Shown here piece by piece: positions 10,389-20,424 of a stretch of 64,000 nt of DNA; position 1 is the stretch's first letter, and the number at the start of each line of letters is the position of its first letter. The stretch comes from Nitrosopumilales archaeon. GTDB taxonomy: Archaea > Thermoproteota > Nitrososphaeria > Nitrososphaerales > Nitrososphaeraceae. The position numbers and the translations under genes are program-made. The DNA lies in NCBI GenBank assembly GCA_044507735.1, contig JBIQJB010000001.1:32001-96000 (forward strand). The letters are read 5' to 3'. The notes below the pieces were generated by a model. It searched no databases, was not told the origin of the DNA, and saw only the letters and a list, made by a program, of their open reading frames with translations.

Positions 10389-11428
10389 AAGTCTCAGAGA
10401 GCAGTACGCTAAGTGTCCAAATGACAGGGTTAAGCTGGTACCTATCAGATAGGGACATAGATGGCTTAGCAGTATCGCATTTCAGAGATACCGGAAAAGG
10501 TATTACTTGGAAGGATGTTTTTCAAGCCAAATACGCCAAGGACAAGAAGAAGGCCCAGGACAAGCTGAAGTACCATGTCAGGAAAGGCGTCCTGTTTACC
10601 ATAGGCAGGACAAAACCCCAGCAATACTTTCCCACAAGCCTCCAGTCAGAGATAATGAAAAATGCGCTAAGTACACAAATACGACACAACAGGGTAGGTA
10701 AAGATGACGACAGCAGCATCCTACCACCTGCGGTACTCTGCAAAGGAATCCAAGGACATGACATGGATGGCAAGACACACGACATGCTGGTTGGGTCTAT
10801 CCTCCACATGCTACCCAAGCTTCCATTCTTCATACATAAGATGAACTTCAACACGACTGTTCCAACAGAGCTGTACAACCAGCTAGAGCTTCCAGTGCTG
10901 GATAAGAACAACCAGGCCAAGCGCTGGGAGAGCAGGGTAGGGTCATTTGTCGTCAACTACTGGCTATATCCAAACGGCACGCTCATGATATACTCTGAGA
11001 CAAGCGATAGGCCCTTTCGGTTACAGACAGAATCAGACCTATACGAGCTCATGGCTTTCGTGGGCGAGATGCGGCGCTGCATCAGTGTTATGCTCAATGA
11101 TATTCATGGACGCTTAATACCCCGAACAACATGCTGGTTCATAACGCAATGCGACATCAACAGGGACATACCGGTTGACCATGCCTTTCACACCATAGGG
11201 CTGAACGTACGCTGGCCGTATCTTGGAAGGATCTTCCACATTTACATCAAGTGCATGGGCAAGGACACAGTAGCCCGGGTAGAAGAAGAGCTGTCGCCAA
11301 ATGAACGGTTCTTCCAGTTTCTGGAGAATTGGTTTGACCCTGAATGGGTGGCCAAGCAAAGGCAGGAAGGCGAAGAGGCGGTAAGGACAGAGATGTCCGA
11401 CCAACAGTCAAGTGCAAAAGATGTTTAG
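10358..11428 (+). CDS. putative replication initiator (wHTH-like N-terminus plus Rep_trans-like motifs)
   Basis: ITQCDINRD ... FHIYIK ... RVEEEL resembles Rep_trans ITRxDxAxD ... RIYxK ... RxExEL; followed by a repeat-rich intergenic region. Confidence 0.55.
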   Translation: MVLSGVESELKVSESSTLSVQMTGLSWYLSDRDIDGLAVSHFRDTGKGITWKDVFQAKYAKDKKKAQDKLKYHVRKGVLFTIGRTKPQQYFPTSLQSEIMKNALSTQIRHNRVGKDDDSSILPPAVLCKGIQGHDMDGKTHDMLVGSILHMLPKLPFFIHKMNFNTTVPTELYNQLELPVLDKNNQAKRWESRVGSFVVNYWLYPNGTLMIYSETSDRPFRLQTESDLYELMAFVGEMRRCISVMLNDIHGRLIPRTTCWFITQCDINRDIPVDHAFHTIGLNVRWPYLGRIFHIYIKCMGKDTVARVEEELSPNERFFQFLENWFDPEWVAKQRQEGEEAVRTEMSDQQSSAKDV

Positions 11429-11444
11429 TTTGATCCAAGTGAAC

Positions 11445-11648
11445 ACTAACCGGTTCCAAAACTCCACTAAGCAGTTCCAACCGCGAGTTACTCTGATCCA
11501 GTCATTTTTGGAACCTACGATTGAGCACAACTAACCGGTTCCAAAATGGGGGTCCGAAATTCGTTTTGAAATATTTTGAAATATTCTCGGGTTTTGCGTT
11601 CCCCCCTCCACCCCTAGGGTTGAACCTAAAATAGCCTATCTGGAACCG
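11445..11648. repeat. putative replication origin (direct, inverted and tandem repeats)
   Basis: ACTAACCGGTTCCAAAA at 11445-11461 and 11530-11546; degenerate copy 11466-11480; inverted TTTTGGAACC 11506-11515; (TTTTGAAATA)x2 11564-11583; TGGAACCG 11641-11648. Confidence 0.65.
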
Positions 11649-11718
11649 CTTCTTGAGTGTAGAAAGCAGCGCTTTGGAATTGTTGATACCTTTTGCTTCA
11701 GCATGCTAATAAGCAAGC

Positions 11719-12582
11719 GTGTTTTTCCATTTTATGTTGCCAAAAGAAGATAGCATTGTCGGGGAGATTATCAATTTTCGTGGACTTGTCTACAGCCCGA
11801 TTAATGAGCAGGGCGTAGTCTTCCTATTTGGTAGACTATTGGATGATCTAAATATGTACATTGAGGAGGTCAGAACCAAATATCCTGATTGTGTAGCAAG
11901 GAGGTATACCGGTACCGGATGGAAGAAGGTGTACATTGAATTTGAATATGCTAGCAGTAACTTCCTTCAGCACAAGCATGACCCAAATGACTGTGACATA
12001 ATTGTGTGTTGGGAGGACGATTTATCTCCTGAAGAGAAGAAGCAACTTTATGGGGTTGAAATTATAGAACTTCAGAATGTCATAAGGGATCCTGCCATAA
12101 AGAATGTGGTAATTAAAGCGCCTGCCAAGGAAATTACCCGGAGCGCTTACGATTTTAACCATCACTTCAGAATGAAGGGAACACTTAGGCACGTACAAGA
12201 ACTATATTTTGAACTCGATAGGCGGATCCGGTCTATTGATAAAGAGATTTTCTCCAAAATATCTGAAACGCGGGTCACTTATTATTCCCCAACCAGAGTT
12301 TTCATTTATGTTGGTTTCAGGAAAAACGGTTTTTGGCTAAACATATTTACAAATGCTCAACATGTTGAGGGAGTCAGAAATATCAAGAATCATCAGAACT
12401 GGGGAAGAATAATCATCAAGTCCGACAAGGATTTGGACGTTGCGATGAATGCAATTTTGAAGTCACATTCAATCATGAAGGAAGCTGTAAAGAATAACAT
12501 CAACACCGGCTGGTTTGCATTAACGCCTAGAGACCATCTTGAGGAAGATGAGGAAGACGGTGAAGAGGAACCTGAGAAATGA
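11719..12582 (+). CDS. PD-(D/E)XK-like nuclease domain fused to a DUF5655-like domain
   Basis: NEQGVVFLF, YPDC, IEFEYASSNF, CDIIVCWE; C-terminal YVGFRK...NWG. Confidence 0.6.
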   Translation: MFFHFMLPKEDSIVGEIINFRGLVYSPINEQGVVFLFGRLLDDLNMYIEEVRTKYPDCVARRYTGTGWKKVYIEFEYASSNFLQHKHDPNDCDIIVCWEDDLSPEEKKQLYGVEIIELQNVIRDPAIKNVVIKAPAKEITRSAYDFNHHFRMKGTLRHVQELYFELDRRIRSIDKEIFSKISETRVTYYSPTRVFIYVGFRKNGFWLNIFTNAQHVEGVRNIKNHQNWGRIIIKSDKDLDVAMNAILKSHSIMKEAVKNNINTGWFALTPRDHLEEDEEDGEEEPEK

Positions 12583-12696
12583 GACAGGATAGGCTTTATC
12601 GCAAATCGTCTGAGTTCAGAAACAGCTAATTGCGTAGCCATCGCTGTCCGAGTGCGATAAGCAATCTAATAAGCAAGCAGCCTTTACCATTTCTAC

Positions 12697-14208
12697 TTGA
12701 CCAAGGATACCAAAGTCACCTTCTATGGCGGTATCAACGAGATTGGTGGAAACAAGTTCTTGGTTGAAGACAAGGGAACAAAGATCTTCTTGGACTTTGG
12801 CATGCAGATGGGCAAGGCCAACGAATACTTTGCTGAGTTCCTAAACCCCAGGACGCTCAACGGCATGGGTGACCTCTTTGAGTTTGGTTTGCTACCACGA
12901 CTCGGTGGTCTCTACCGAAAGGACTATTCAAAGCACATGGAATATACTGGCTGGGCTGCTGACGATCACCGGCAGGACACTTCGGTCGATGCAGTGCTTT
13001 TGACGCACGCGCACGTTGACCATGCTGCATATATTCACTATTTGCGGCCTGAAATCCCGATCTATTGCTCAGAAGCTACAAGACTGATCATGCAGGGCTT
13101 GCAGGATACTGGCAGCCGGGAAGAATACATTACGTTCAAGAAAAATTTCCAGATTTACAAAAACACCAAGGGGGAGATGAGTAGAGGCAAGGGCGAAGAA
13201 TACCAGCAGCCAAGGAAAATAGTCGTCTTTGAAGACCGCAAGAAATTCAAAATTGACTCAATAGAGGTTGAGCCACTGGCAGTTGACCACTCTCTGCCCG
13301 GCGTCACGGGCTTTATCCTGCACACTTCAAAGGGGTCAATAGCATACACCGCTGACATTCGATTCCATGGACGCCGGGTGTCTGACAGCCAGCATTTTGT
13401 CGAGCAGAGTGCCAAGTCTGACGTGGACATGCTGCTCTGTGAAGGCACCCGCATCAGCGAAACCTTCTCAAAGACAGAGTTTGAGGTTGAACAGGATGTC
13501 AAAACAGTCATAAACAAGACAACTAAGTTGGTTATCTGCTCTTATCCAACTCGCGACCTTGACCGGCTTCTGTCGTTTTACAATGCGGCAAAAGAATCCG
13601 AGCGTGACTTGGTCATCGACTTGAAACAGGCTTATTTACTGAAACTGTTCCAGACCTCAGAGCATTGGAAAGCGGTCTTTCCTCGCCCAGATGACAAGCG
13701 AATAAGGATAAACATACCACGCAAGTCGTGGGGCTTGATCGGAAAGGACATCGAATATTGGACTGCAAACCAGTTGATGCAGGATTATGACAAGTGGGAG
13801 CGTGAATTTCCTGACTATGAGAACGCCACGAACTATCAAGAGATAGCGGCGCACCAGAAAGACCTGATATTCTATTGCAGCGACTATCAGCTCCAGCAGC
13901 TGATCGACATCCGACCTGAAACAGGATCCGCATACATTCGGTCGCTGACAGAACCGTTTGACGAGGAGATGGAGCTGCAGGAAGAGCGCATAAAGCGGTG
14001 GCTGGCGCATTTCGGGCTAATATCGAGCGAAAAAGACTGGACGCATGCCCATGTCTCAGGACACGGCTCGGGCGATCAGATAAGGAAAGTAATAGAAGGA
14101 GCCAAGGCGAAAAGCCTGGTTCCAATCCATACCGAGCACCCCGAATATCACAAGAAATGGCATGGCAACGTAACTGAAGTATCTGCGGGTGACTCACTGC
14201 AGCTTTGA
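12697..14208 (+). CDS. MBL-fold beta-CASP metallo-hydrolase (RNase J-like nuclease)
   Basis: GGINEIGGN, LDFG, THAHVDH, VDHS, YTAD, HVSGHG, PIHTE. Confidence 0.9.
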   Translation: MTKDTKVTFYGGINEIGGNKFLVEDKGTKIFLDFGMQMGKANEYFAEFLNPRTLNGMGDLFEFGLLPRLGGLYRKDYSKHMEYTGWAADDHRQDTSVDAVLLTHAHVDHAAYIHYLRPEIPIYCSEATRLIMQGLQDTGSREEYITFKKNFQIYKNTKGEMSRGKGEEYQQPRKIVVFEDRKKFKIDSIEVEPLAVDHSLPGVTGFILHTSKGSIAYTADIRFHGRRVSDSQHFVEQSAKSDVDMLLCEGTRISETFSKTEFEVEQDVKTVINKTTKLVICSYPTRDLDRLLSFYNAAKESERDLVIDLKQAYLLKLFQTSEHWKAVFPRPDDKRIRINIPRKSWGLIGKDIEYWTANQLMQDYDKWEREFPDYENATNYQEIAAHQKDLIFYCSDYQLQQLIDIRPETGSAYIRSLTEPFDEEMELQEERIKRWLAHFGLISSEKDWTHAHVSGHGSGDQIRKVIEGAKAKSLVPIHTEHPEYHKKWHGNVTEVSAGDSLQL

Positions 14209-14228
14209 ATAAGAGGCTTATCGCCGGA

Positions 14229-14699
14229 TTATGATTTTGCTGGCGTGACCTTGACCGTGTAATACGTGTTTTCAGCATAGGCTTTTCTGGCTTCAATTGA
14301 TACTACTTTACAATCATCTTCAATTAGCAATGCTTTGCTGGGGTGCGCATCTTCATCTATGCCATCGAAAATTTCGCTAAGGTACGGGAGCGCATGTTGA
14401 TGTGCTGGCTGCAAATACTCGCAAATCCCAGCAATGAATGAGTCCAAGTCGCCTACATGATCATGGGAAGACCTGTCTATTACATTGGGAGAGTAAATAT
14501 CAATTTCAATCTTGACGGGACAATGAAAGCAGTCTTCTAACCCTGCACGTTTTCGTGCTTCAAGGGCTTTCTCTCTTAGCCTGCGAATATCTACTGCTCT
14601 CTTTCTAGACCAGCCCGACTTGTCATCAAATTTCTTTGGCGGCTTTCCCTCTACTCTAAACCCGATTTCTAATTCTTTTGCATTGAGGTCAGTCGCCAA
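14229..14699 (-). CDS. RusA-like Holliday junction resolvase/nuclease
   Basis: FRVEGKP, PVKIEIDIY, GDLDSFIAGICEYL, IEDDCKVVSI; probable TTG start 14699 (ORF open from 14786). Confidence 0.6.
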   Translation of the reverse strand: MATDLNAKELEIGFRVEGKPPKKFDDKSGWSRKRAVDIRRLREKALEARKRAGLEDCFHCPVKIEIDIYSPNVIDRSSHDHVGDLDSFIAGICEYLQPAHQHALPYLSEIFDGIDEDAHPSKALLIEDDCKVVSIEARKAYAENTYYTVKVTPAKS

Positions 14700-14798
14700 G
14701 CTTGATGCTAATAGGTGGCTGAACGATAATATACATTTGTAGGAACTTGGGATGACAAAAAAAGAAAGGCGGATATCCACAGCCAACCTGATAGCATC

Positions 14799-17773
14799 TT
14801 ATTTTCTGCTTCTACAGTCTTTACACCATGACTGCACTCTGACAAAGCCATCCATGTTCCTGTAGCCGAACAAACGGTTAACCTGCTCTCTGCCATTCGC
14901 TTCCTTTTGACAGAGTGGACACTTTGCTTTGACTTCGTTGGATGCGGACATGTCTGCGTGTTTGTTTACAATGAGCCGGACCTCAGAAGGTGAAAACGCC
15001 ACATCACATGCCCATGTTCCAAACTTGCCTTCATTGTTTACGGCTTTGACCCATTGGTCAAGCGCCTTTCTCTTTGTGCGCTCCTTTTCGGTGTCCTCGC
15101 CCTTTATCTCAAGCGCAAGCGTGATGCCATTATTCAGCCTGATCAAAAAGTCTGGATAATACCTGTGGACAATGCCGCCATACGTGTATGAAACGTCAAA
15201 GCCAAGATGGTCGTTCTTGACCCATGCTTCCACAGCAGAATTTCGCTCAAGCTCAAAGACTGCATTCTGCTCCCAGCGACTGTCAATTACCGCGTGGCTG
15301 ATGTGCGACTTTCTTGTATATTCAACAGGCTTGCTCGAATACCACGGCATCATGTCAGCTGTTGACTTGATCGGCTTTTCCTTATCATAAACGATGTTTA
15401 TCGATTCAGTGTTTTCATAACTGATCTCGTTCCAGATGTGCTGGACGATCTTGCTCATGTTAAGCGAGATAAGCACCCTGCGCCGGAGTTCTTCCCGGAA
15501 TGTCGTGTTTGCAATGACCAGCTTGTCGCATTGCAAGAATTCTTCCACTATGCCGACAATCTGCATCAGCAGATATTCCGTGTTGCCTTTCCACCCAGGC
15601 TGGAACTTCTCATATAGGTCACGGGCAATCTTGAATATTGCAGTCTGAAGCCTAAAGCGCTTGCCCAGCTTTTCGATGTCGATAGTCGATATTTTGTCAA
15701 CGTGGGGCTTGCCGTCGATGACCGGTGCAAGGTCAACTATCAGGCTATTGTCTTCTGGATTAATGACAAGCTGCTCCACCTTGTCCCAGTTGAGCGTCAG
15801 TTTTGGCGTATAAGTCCTGTCGATTCTGATAATGTTTGCCCACGAAATCTGGTATTGCTTCTTTGAAGCATACGGCTCGATACAAGTAGTAGGCTTTGGC
15901 GCTGGTGGGACTGTCTGTGAACTTCCTTCCACCGGCAGGAAAGTGAACGGTATCCCAAACACGTTGACGTATTCTGGCTTGAAAAGACCTGTCTCTGGGT
16001 CAACGTCGTATGAAGTGCGTCTCAAGCCCCTGCCGACGACCTGCTCGCACAGCAGCTGGCTTGTAAACGCCCTGAGCCCCATGATGTGCGTCACAGTTCT
16101 GGCGTCCCAGCCCTCTGACAGCATTGCGACTGCAATAATGTTCTGGATATGCTGACCGGGCTTGCCGACCTTGCCCACCGTATCGACCACTTCGCGCAGA
16201 TATTCGGCTTTATCCTCACGTGACATTTTCAACTGGGCAACTGCGCCGTTCCCTGCGCCGCTTGTTTCTTCATTATCACCTTCATTGTCGCTATCATCTT
16301 GCGATGATTTGCTTGCTGGTGAGGATGCAGCTGTCTCATCAGTGTCCTCTTTGCTTTCGGCTTCTTTCAGAACTTTTGAATCTATATGGAGCATTTTTGC
16401 AGCGTTGCCAAGCTCTTGGATTTCAAATCTGTTGTTCTTGAACGAAAATTCAATTCTTGCCGCTGTTTCCGTCCTATTGCAGACAGTAATCATTACTGGC
16501 GGCACCGGCGATTTTGCCTTTTCCCAGACCTTCAGAGTTTCGAGCCAGTCGTTGCCAAGCGCAAAATACGCATTCTTGATAAGGTCTGGCAGCTGTTCAT
16601 CGGGTTTTGCCTTGCGGTTAATGTCGTCCTTTACGTCCGGGTCTGCATAGATATGATAAAACCGAGAATGATAGTCCTTGCCAAACTTGCCGTCGTCGCG
16701 CACGGCAATCCTTGGAGTCTTTACCAGCCCAGACTCAATGGCATCGTTTAGCGAAAAATCAGAGACGATCCAGTCATACAGGGTTTCCTCAGAGACTCCC
16801 TTGCCTGTCGGGATAAACGGAGTTGCAGAAAAGTCGTGACAGACCAAGACATTTCTCCTTGCATGGATTCTATCGATACCTTCCATCCAGCGCGTCGCTT
16901 CTTCTAGCTGTTCGCTCGAAATAGCGACTTTTGCATCAGGTTTTGGACGCCAAGCGTGATGCGCCTCGTCGTTTATCACGATTATGTCTCTGCTTGTGTG
17001 GTTGCCGCCAAGAATTCTGCGGGTAAAGGCTTCGTCGCTTTCCTTGCCTTTCTTTACTACGCTCTTTGGGTGCTCCTCAAGCGGCATCAACGTATGCCAG
17101 TTGTGGATTGTAACCCTAGCCTGTCGCAGGCTGTCGAATTTCTTTGAAGGGACGATCCTAAAGTCTACATAAACGCTATTCTTTGCAGCTGGGTCAAGCA
17201 CCTGCAAGCGCTTTTTCACTGTCAGTCCCGGCGCGATGATAAGGAAGTTTTTGGAAAAGCGCGGATCTTCCGGGTATGCGACCTTGTTCAAGGTATGCCA
17301 AGCGATGAGCATCCCCATGACGATTGTTTTGCCAGTCCCAGTTGCCATCTTGGAGCATATTCTTTGAAACGGTCCGCCGTCAGATGGTATCTCAATTCCT
17401 TGTTTTTCTTTAGATGGTGCCTCCGTCAACCAGATCAGGGTTTCCATCGCTTCTAGCTGGCAGAAGAAGAATCTGTTGTCTCGCTCCTGTGGATTGTGCC
17501 AATAATCCAGCAGCTCCTTGGTTGTCCCTGTTACGCCAGAGTAGCCTTTCTCGCGCCAAGCATCGACACGATCGCGAATTGCATTAACTAGCGGAAGATC
17601 GTGAAAAATCCCGGGATCGTCAAAGGTCGTGTTCCCTGACGACGCCAGATAACCCGCAGGTCGTCTACCCTTCAGTCGCTCAAAGAATCGTCTCTCTCTC
17701 TGTCATAGTGCCAGTGAGAAGTAGGCTTCTCATAGGGGCTACAGATGATGAGATGCTCGATTGTTTTGCTCAC
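14799..17773 (-). pseudogene. Type III restriction endonuclease Res (BPTD_3080-like), frameshifted in an (AG)n tract at 17691-17701
   Basis: MATGTGKT, NDEAHH, SAT, QVVGRGLRR, YPDFL...LEIKG; GTG start at 17773 (MSKTIEHLIICSPYEKP..HW) is out of frame with the body; removing one AG unit restores DRERRFFERLKGRRPAGY. Confidence 0.85.
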
Positions 17774-17777
17774 TGCG

Positions 17778-20333
17778 TCATTTCACCTTGAGGATTTTTA
17801 ACGATTCTATGCCCCTGTCGTCTATGATTTTCACTGCAACGCGTTTGTTTGAACCAAGTTCAAACGGAATGGATACGGTGCCGCGATACTTTTCCAACAG
17901 CTCTTCGTCTATCTGAGCCTTGATGCTTTTGCCGATCCTGCTCCAACCATCAGCGTCACCAGCCATAGGGAAGAATACCTGCTGCGGATACAAGCTTCGT
18001 CCGTCATAATCGGTGTCAAGCATCCACATGGCAATTCTTGATGAGTCTCCAGATTCGATTTCATGCGTTTGTGTGTTGTAATAATCGAATCCCTCTACTT
18101 CGACAACGTATTTGCCGTCCTTTACTTTCTTTATTTCGACATCCGGCTGTCCCATAAGCCAGAACGACTGGCTCTTTGACACCTTCTTCTTCAGGTCTTC
18201 GGTCAGCAGGTCGGTGTTCATCTGAACCCGAAGCACGGTGACTCCTGCCCACTTCATCTCATCAATGTCTTTTGCAGCTTCTGGGTCGAACTGAAAAGCT
18301 GCAAACAAGACGATTTTTGGACGCGGCACTAAATTCTGAGCTTCTTCAAGTGCGCGTGCGACTTGCTTCTGCTCAAGTGGTGCATAGTCCGGACCGAAAG
18401 AAATCACGACTCTTCTCGGTTCTCTCTCCCTAGTTTCAGCATCGGCATGCAACCATTCTGTTCCCACCATCGCCTCAACTCTTGAGAACACTATCTTTTC
18501 ACTGCCGTGTCCTAGAATCCCGGTTGCAAGAATTTCGTTTCGCCATTGATCTTGACGGGTGGTTTCGCCTTTACGCGCGATGGAATCATCAACCGCGAAA
18601 TCTTCTTGGAATTCGTCTAATTGTCTAACAACTGGCGCAGGGACTGCTTCCATAGTGAAGGGACCCGAAACTCGGACTTTGGATTTCACAACGATTGGCT
18701 TATCATAGAGAAACTCGCGGACTATCGGTTCGTTGTTTGCTATGGCACCTAGAGTAATGTGGGGCACGGTTTCATAAACAAAGCCACTTGATACACCTTC
18801 ATCGGGACGCGCAAGTTGATAATAATCATACACGCTCGTCATTAAACGCTGTTTTGCTATTGCAGTCGCCACTCTGGAAGTATCGCAAGTTATCCATCTG
18901 CGTCCCCAACGTTCTGCTACGAATGCGGTAGTTCCAGATCCGCATGTCGGATCAAAAATCAAGTCGCCAGGATCGGTTGCCATCAGCATACAGCGCTCTA
19001 TAACTTTGATTGGGGTCTGGACTGCATAAATTTTCTTTTCATCTTTGAGAAAGCCGCCCATAGCCGTATCGACCCAAACATCGCCAAGAATTCTGACAGG
19101 GTAGTCATCTAAGAACCGGCGATAGAAAATGTTGTCTCCCTTCCGTTGTATTCGTCCCTGTTCTTGGAGTCTTCGCATTCCTTCTATTGATGTTGACCAG
19201 TGCCTGCCAGGTCTAGGACGGTAAACTTCATTATCTAGTTTGAAAGCATACGAACCTTTTTCACTCTCTCCTTGCGAAGTGAGGTCTTTTAGTGCGAACC
19301 TTCGACCCGGGGGTATCGGTTCAGAACCCTCCAATTGATGATGCGTTAAGGCGATTGCTTTGTTGTCAGGGGTTAGAACCCAGTCGTATGTCTGAAGCGT
19401 CTGACGTTCCTGCTTGATTTTTAACTCTCTGTATTTCATATTACTTAGGTTCTTTGCATACCATAGTATGACATTGTAAACTCTGTCAAGGTATTTCGCT
19501 CCCCTCCCTGCTGTTGTTACAAAAACTATTTGACCTGCAAAATTATCCTTGCCGAGAACTTCGTCAAGGATTATCCGTGTCAGGTGGACGTTTTCCATGC
19601 CTATCTGGACGAAAACAGAACCACTATCTGTCAAAAGTTCTCTAGACAGCAAGAGCCTATCTCTGAGATAACTTAGGTAAGAATGGATGCCAAGTTCCCA
19701 AGTATCTCGGAATGCCTTTATCATCTCAGGCTCCTGCGTCAAGTCCTCGTCCTTGCCGTCCCTCACATCCCTTTTATTGACAAAAGGCTGGAAATTTGAA
19801 CCATATTTGATGCCGTAGGGAGGGTCGATGTAAATCATCTGGATCTTGTTAGCCATACCCTCCTTCTGTAGCAAGGAGTTCATGACCAACAGCGAATCAC
19901 CCGCAATCAAACGATTAGACCAGTTTTGATTGTGCTTGTAAAAGTCGATAGCTTCTCGCAGTGGAAGGTTGTTTTCAGGCTGCTCAAAATACCGGAAGAG
20001 CGTCTCCTGCACAAATGCTTGTTTCTTGCGTGCCTTTTCGATAATCGTCAATGGGTCGATTCTTTCGTGGACATGCAGCGAAACGGTATCAACTTCAAAG
20101 CTGCTGTTCTCCTTTTTGCCCGCCCACTGAAGTTGCGGATCTAGATGCGGGTCATATTCATACCGACGCTTTGGCATATCCTTGTCAGTTTCCGGCGTCA
20201 CCAAACCCACTGGAGGATTATTAGTGCGCTGTTCATAGTCGTGGACATATTGATCAACGCTTTCTGACGGGATGATAGGAGCGGTCTTGCGGGCCTTTTT
20301 CGCTCTCGTAACCTTCCTGCGGGCTTTTGCCAT
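17778..20333 (-). CDS. Type III R-M DNA methyltransferase Mod (beta class, N6A/N4C)
   Basis: IYIDPPYG catalytic motif, FDPTCGSGTT SAM motif, LQWAGK; stop lies 4 nt from the res start. Confidence 0.93.
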   Translation of the reverse strand: MAKARRKVTRAKKARKTAPIIPSESVDQYVHDYEQRTNNPPVGLVTPETDKDMPKRRYEYDPHLDPQLQWAGKKENSSFEVDTVSLHVHERIDPLTIIEKARKKQAFVQETLFRYFEQPENNLPLREAIDFYKHNQNWSNRLIAGDSLLVMNSLLQKEGMANKIQMIYIDPPYGIKYGSNFQPFVNKRDVRDGKDEDLTQEPEMIKAFRDTWELGIHSYLSYLRDRLLLSRELLTDSGSVFVQIGMENVHLTRIILDEVLGKDNFAGQIVFVTTAGRGAKYLDRVYNVILWYAKNLSNMKYRELKIKQERQTLQTYDWVLTPDNKAIALTHHQLEGSEPIPPGRRFALKDLTSQGESEKGSYAFKLDNEVYRPRPGRHWSTSIEGMRRLQEQGRIQRKGDNIFYRRFLDDYPVRILGDVWVDTAMGGFLKDEKKIYAVQTPIKVIERCMLMATDPGDLIFDPTCGSGTTAFVAERWGRRWITCDTSRVATAIAKQRLMTSVYDYYQLARPDEGVSSGFVYETVPHITLGAIANNEPIVREFLYDKPIVVKSKVRVSGPFTMEAVPAPVVRQLDEFQEDFAVDDSIARKGETTRQDQWRNEILATGILGHGSEKIVFSRVEAMVGTEWLHADAETREREPRRVVISFGPDYAPLEQKQVARALEEAQNLVPRPKIVLFAAFQFDPEAAKDIDEMKWAGVTVLRVQMNTDLLTEDLKKKVSKSQSFWLMGQPDVEIKKVKDGKYVVEVEGFDYYNTQTHEIESGDSSRIAMWMLDTDYDGRSLYPQQVFFPMAGDADGWSRIGKSIKAQIDEELLEKYRGTVSIPFELGSNKRVAVKIIDDRGIESLKILKVK

Positions 20334-20424
20334 CTTCTATGGCACAATACTGCAATTGATTTAAGGATTCTGCTTCTATATGATTTCTCGCCCTTGACTG
20401 CGGCTAACTGACTTATGCGCCGAT

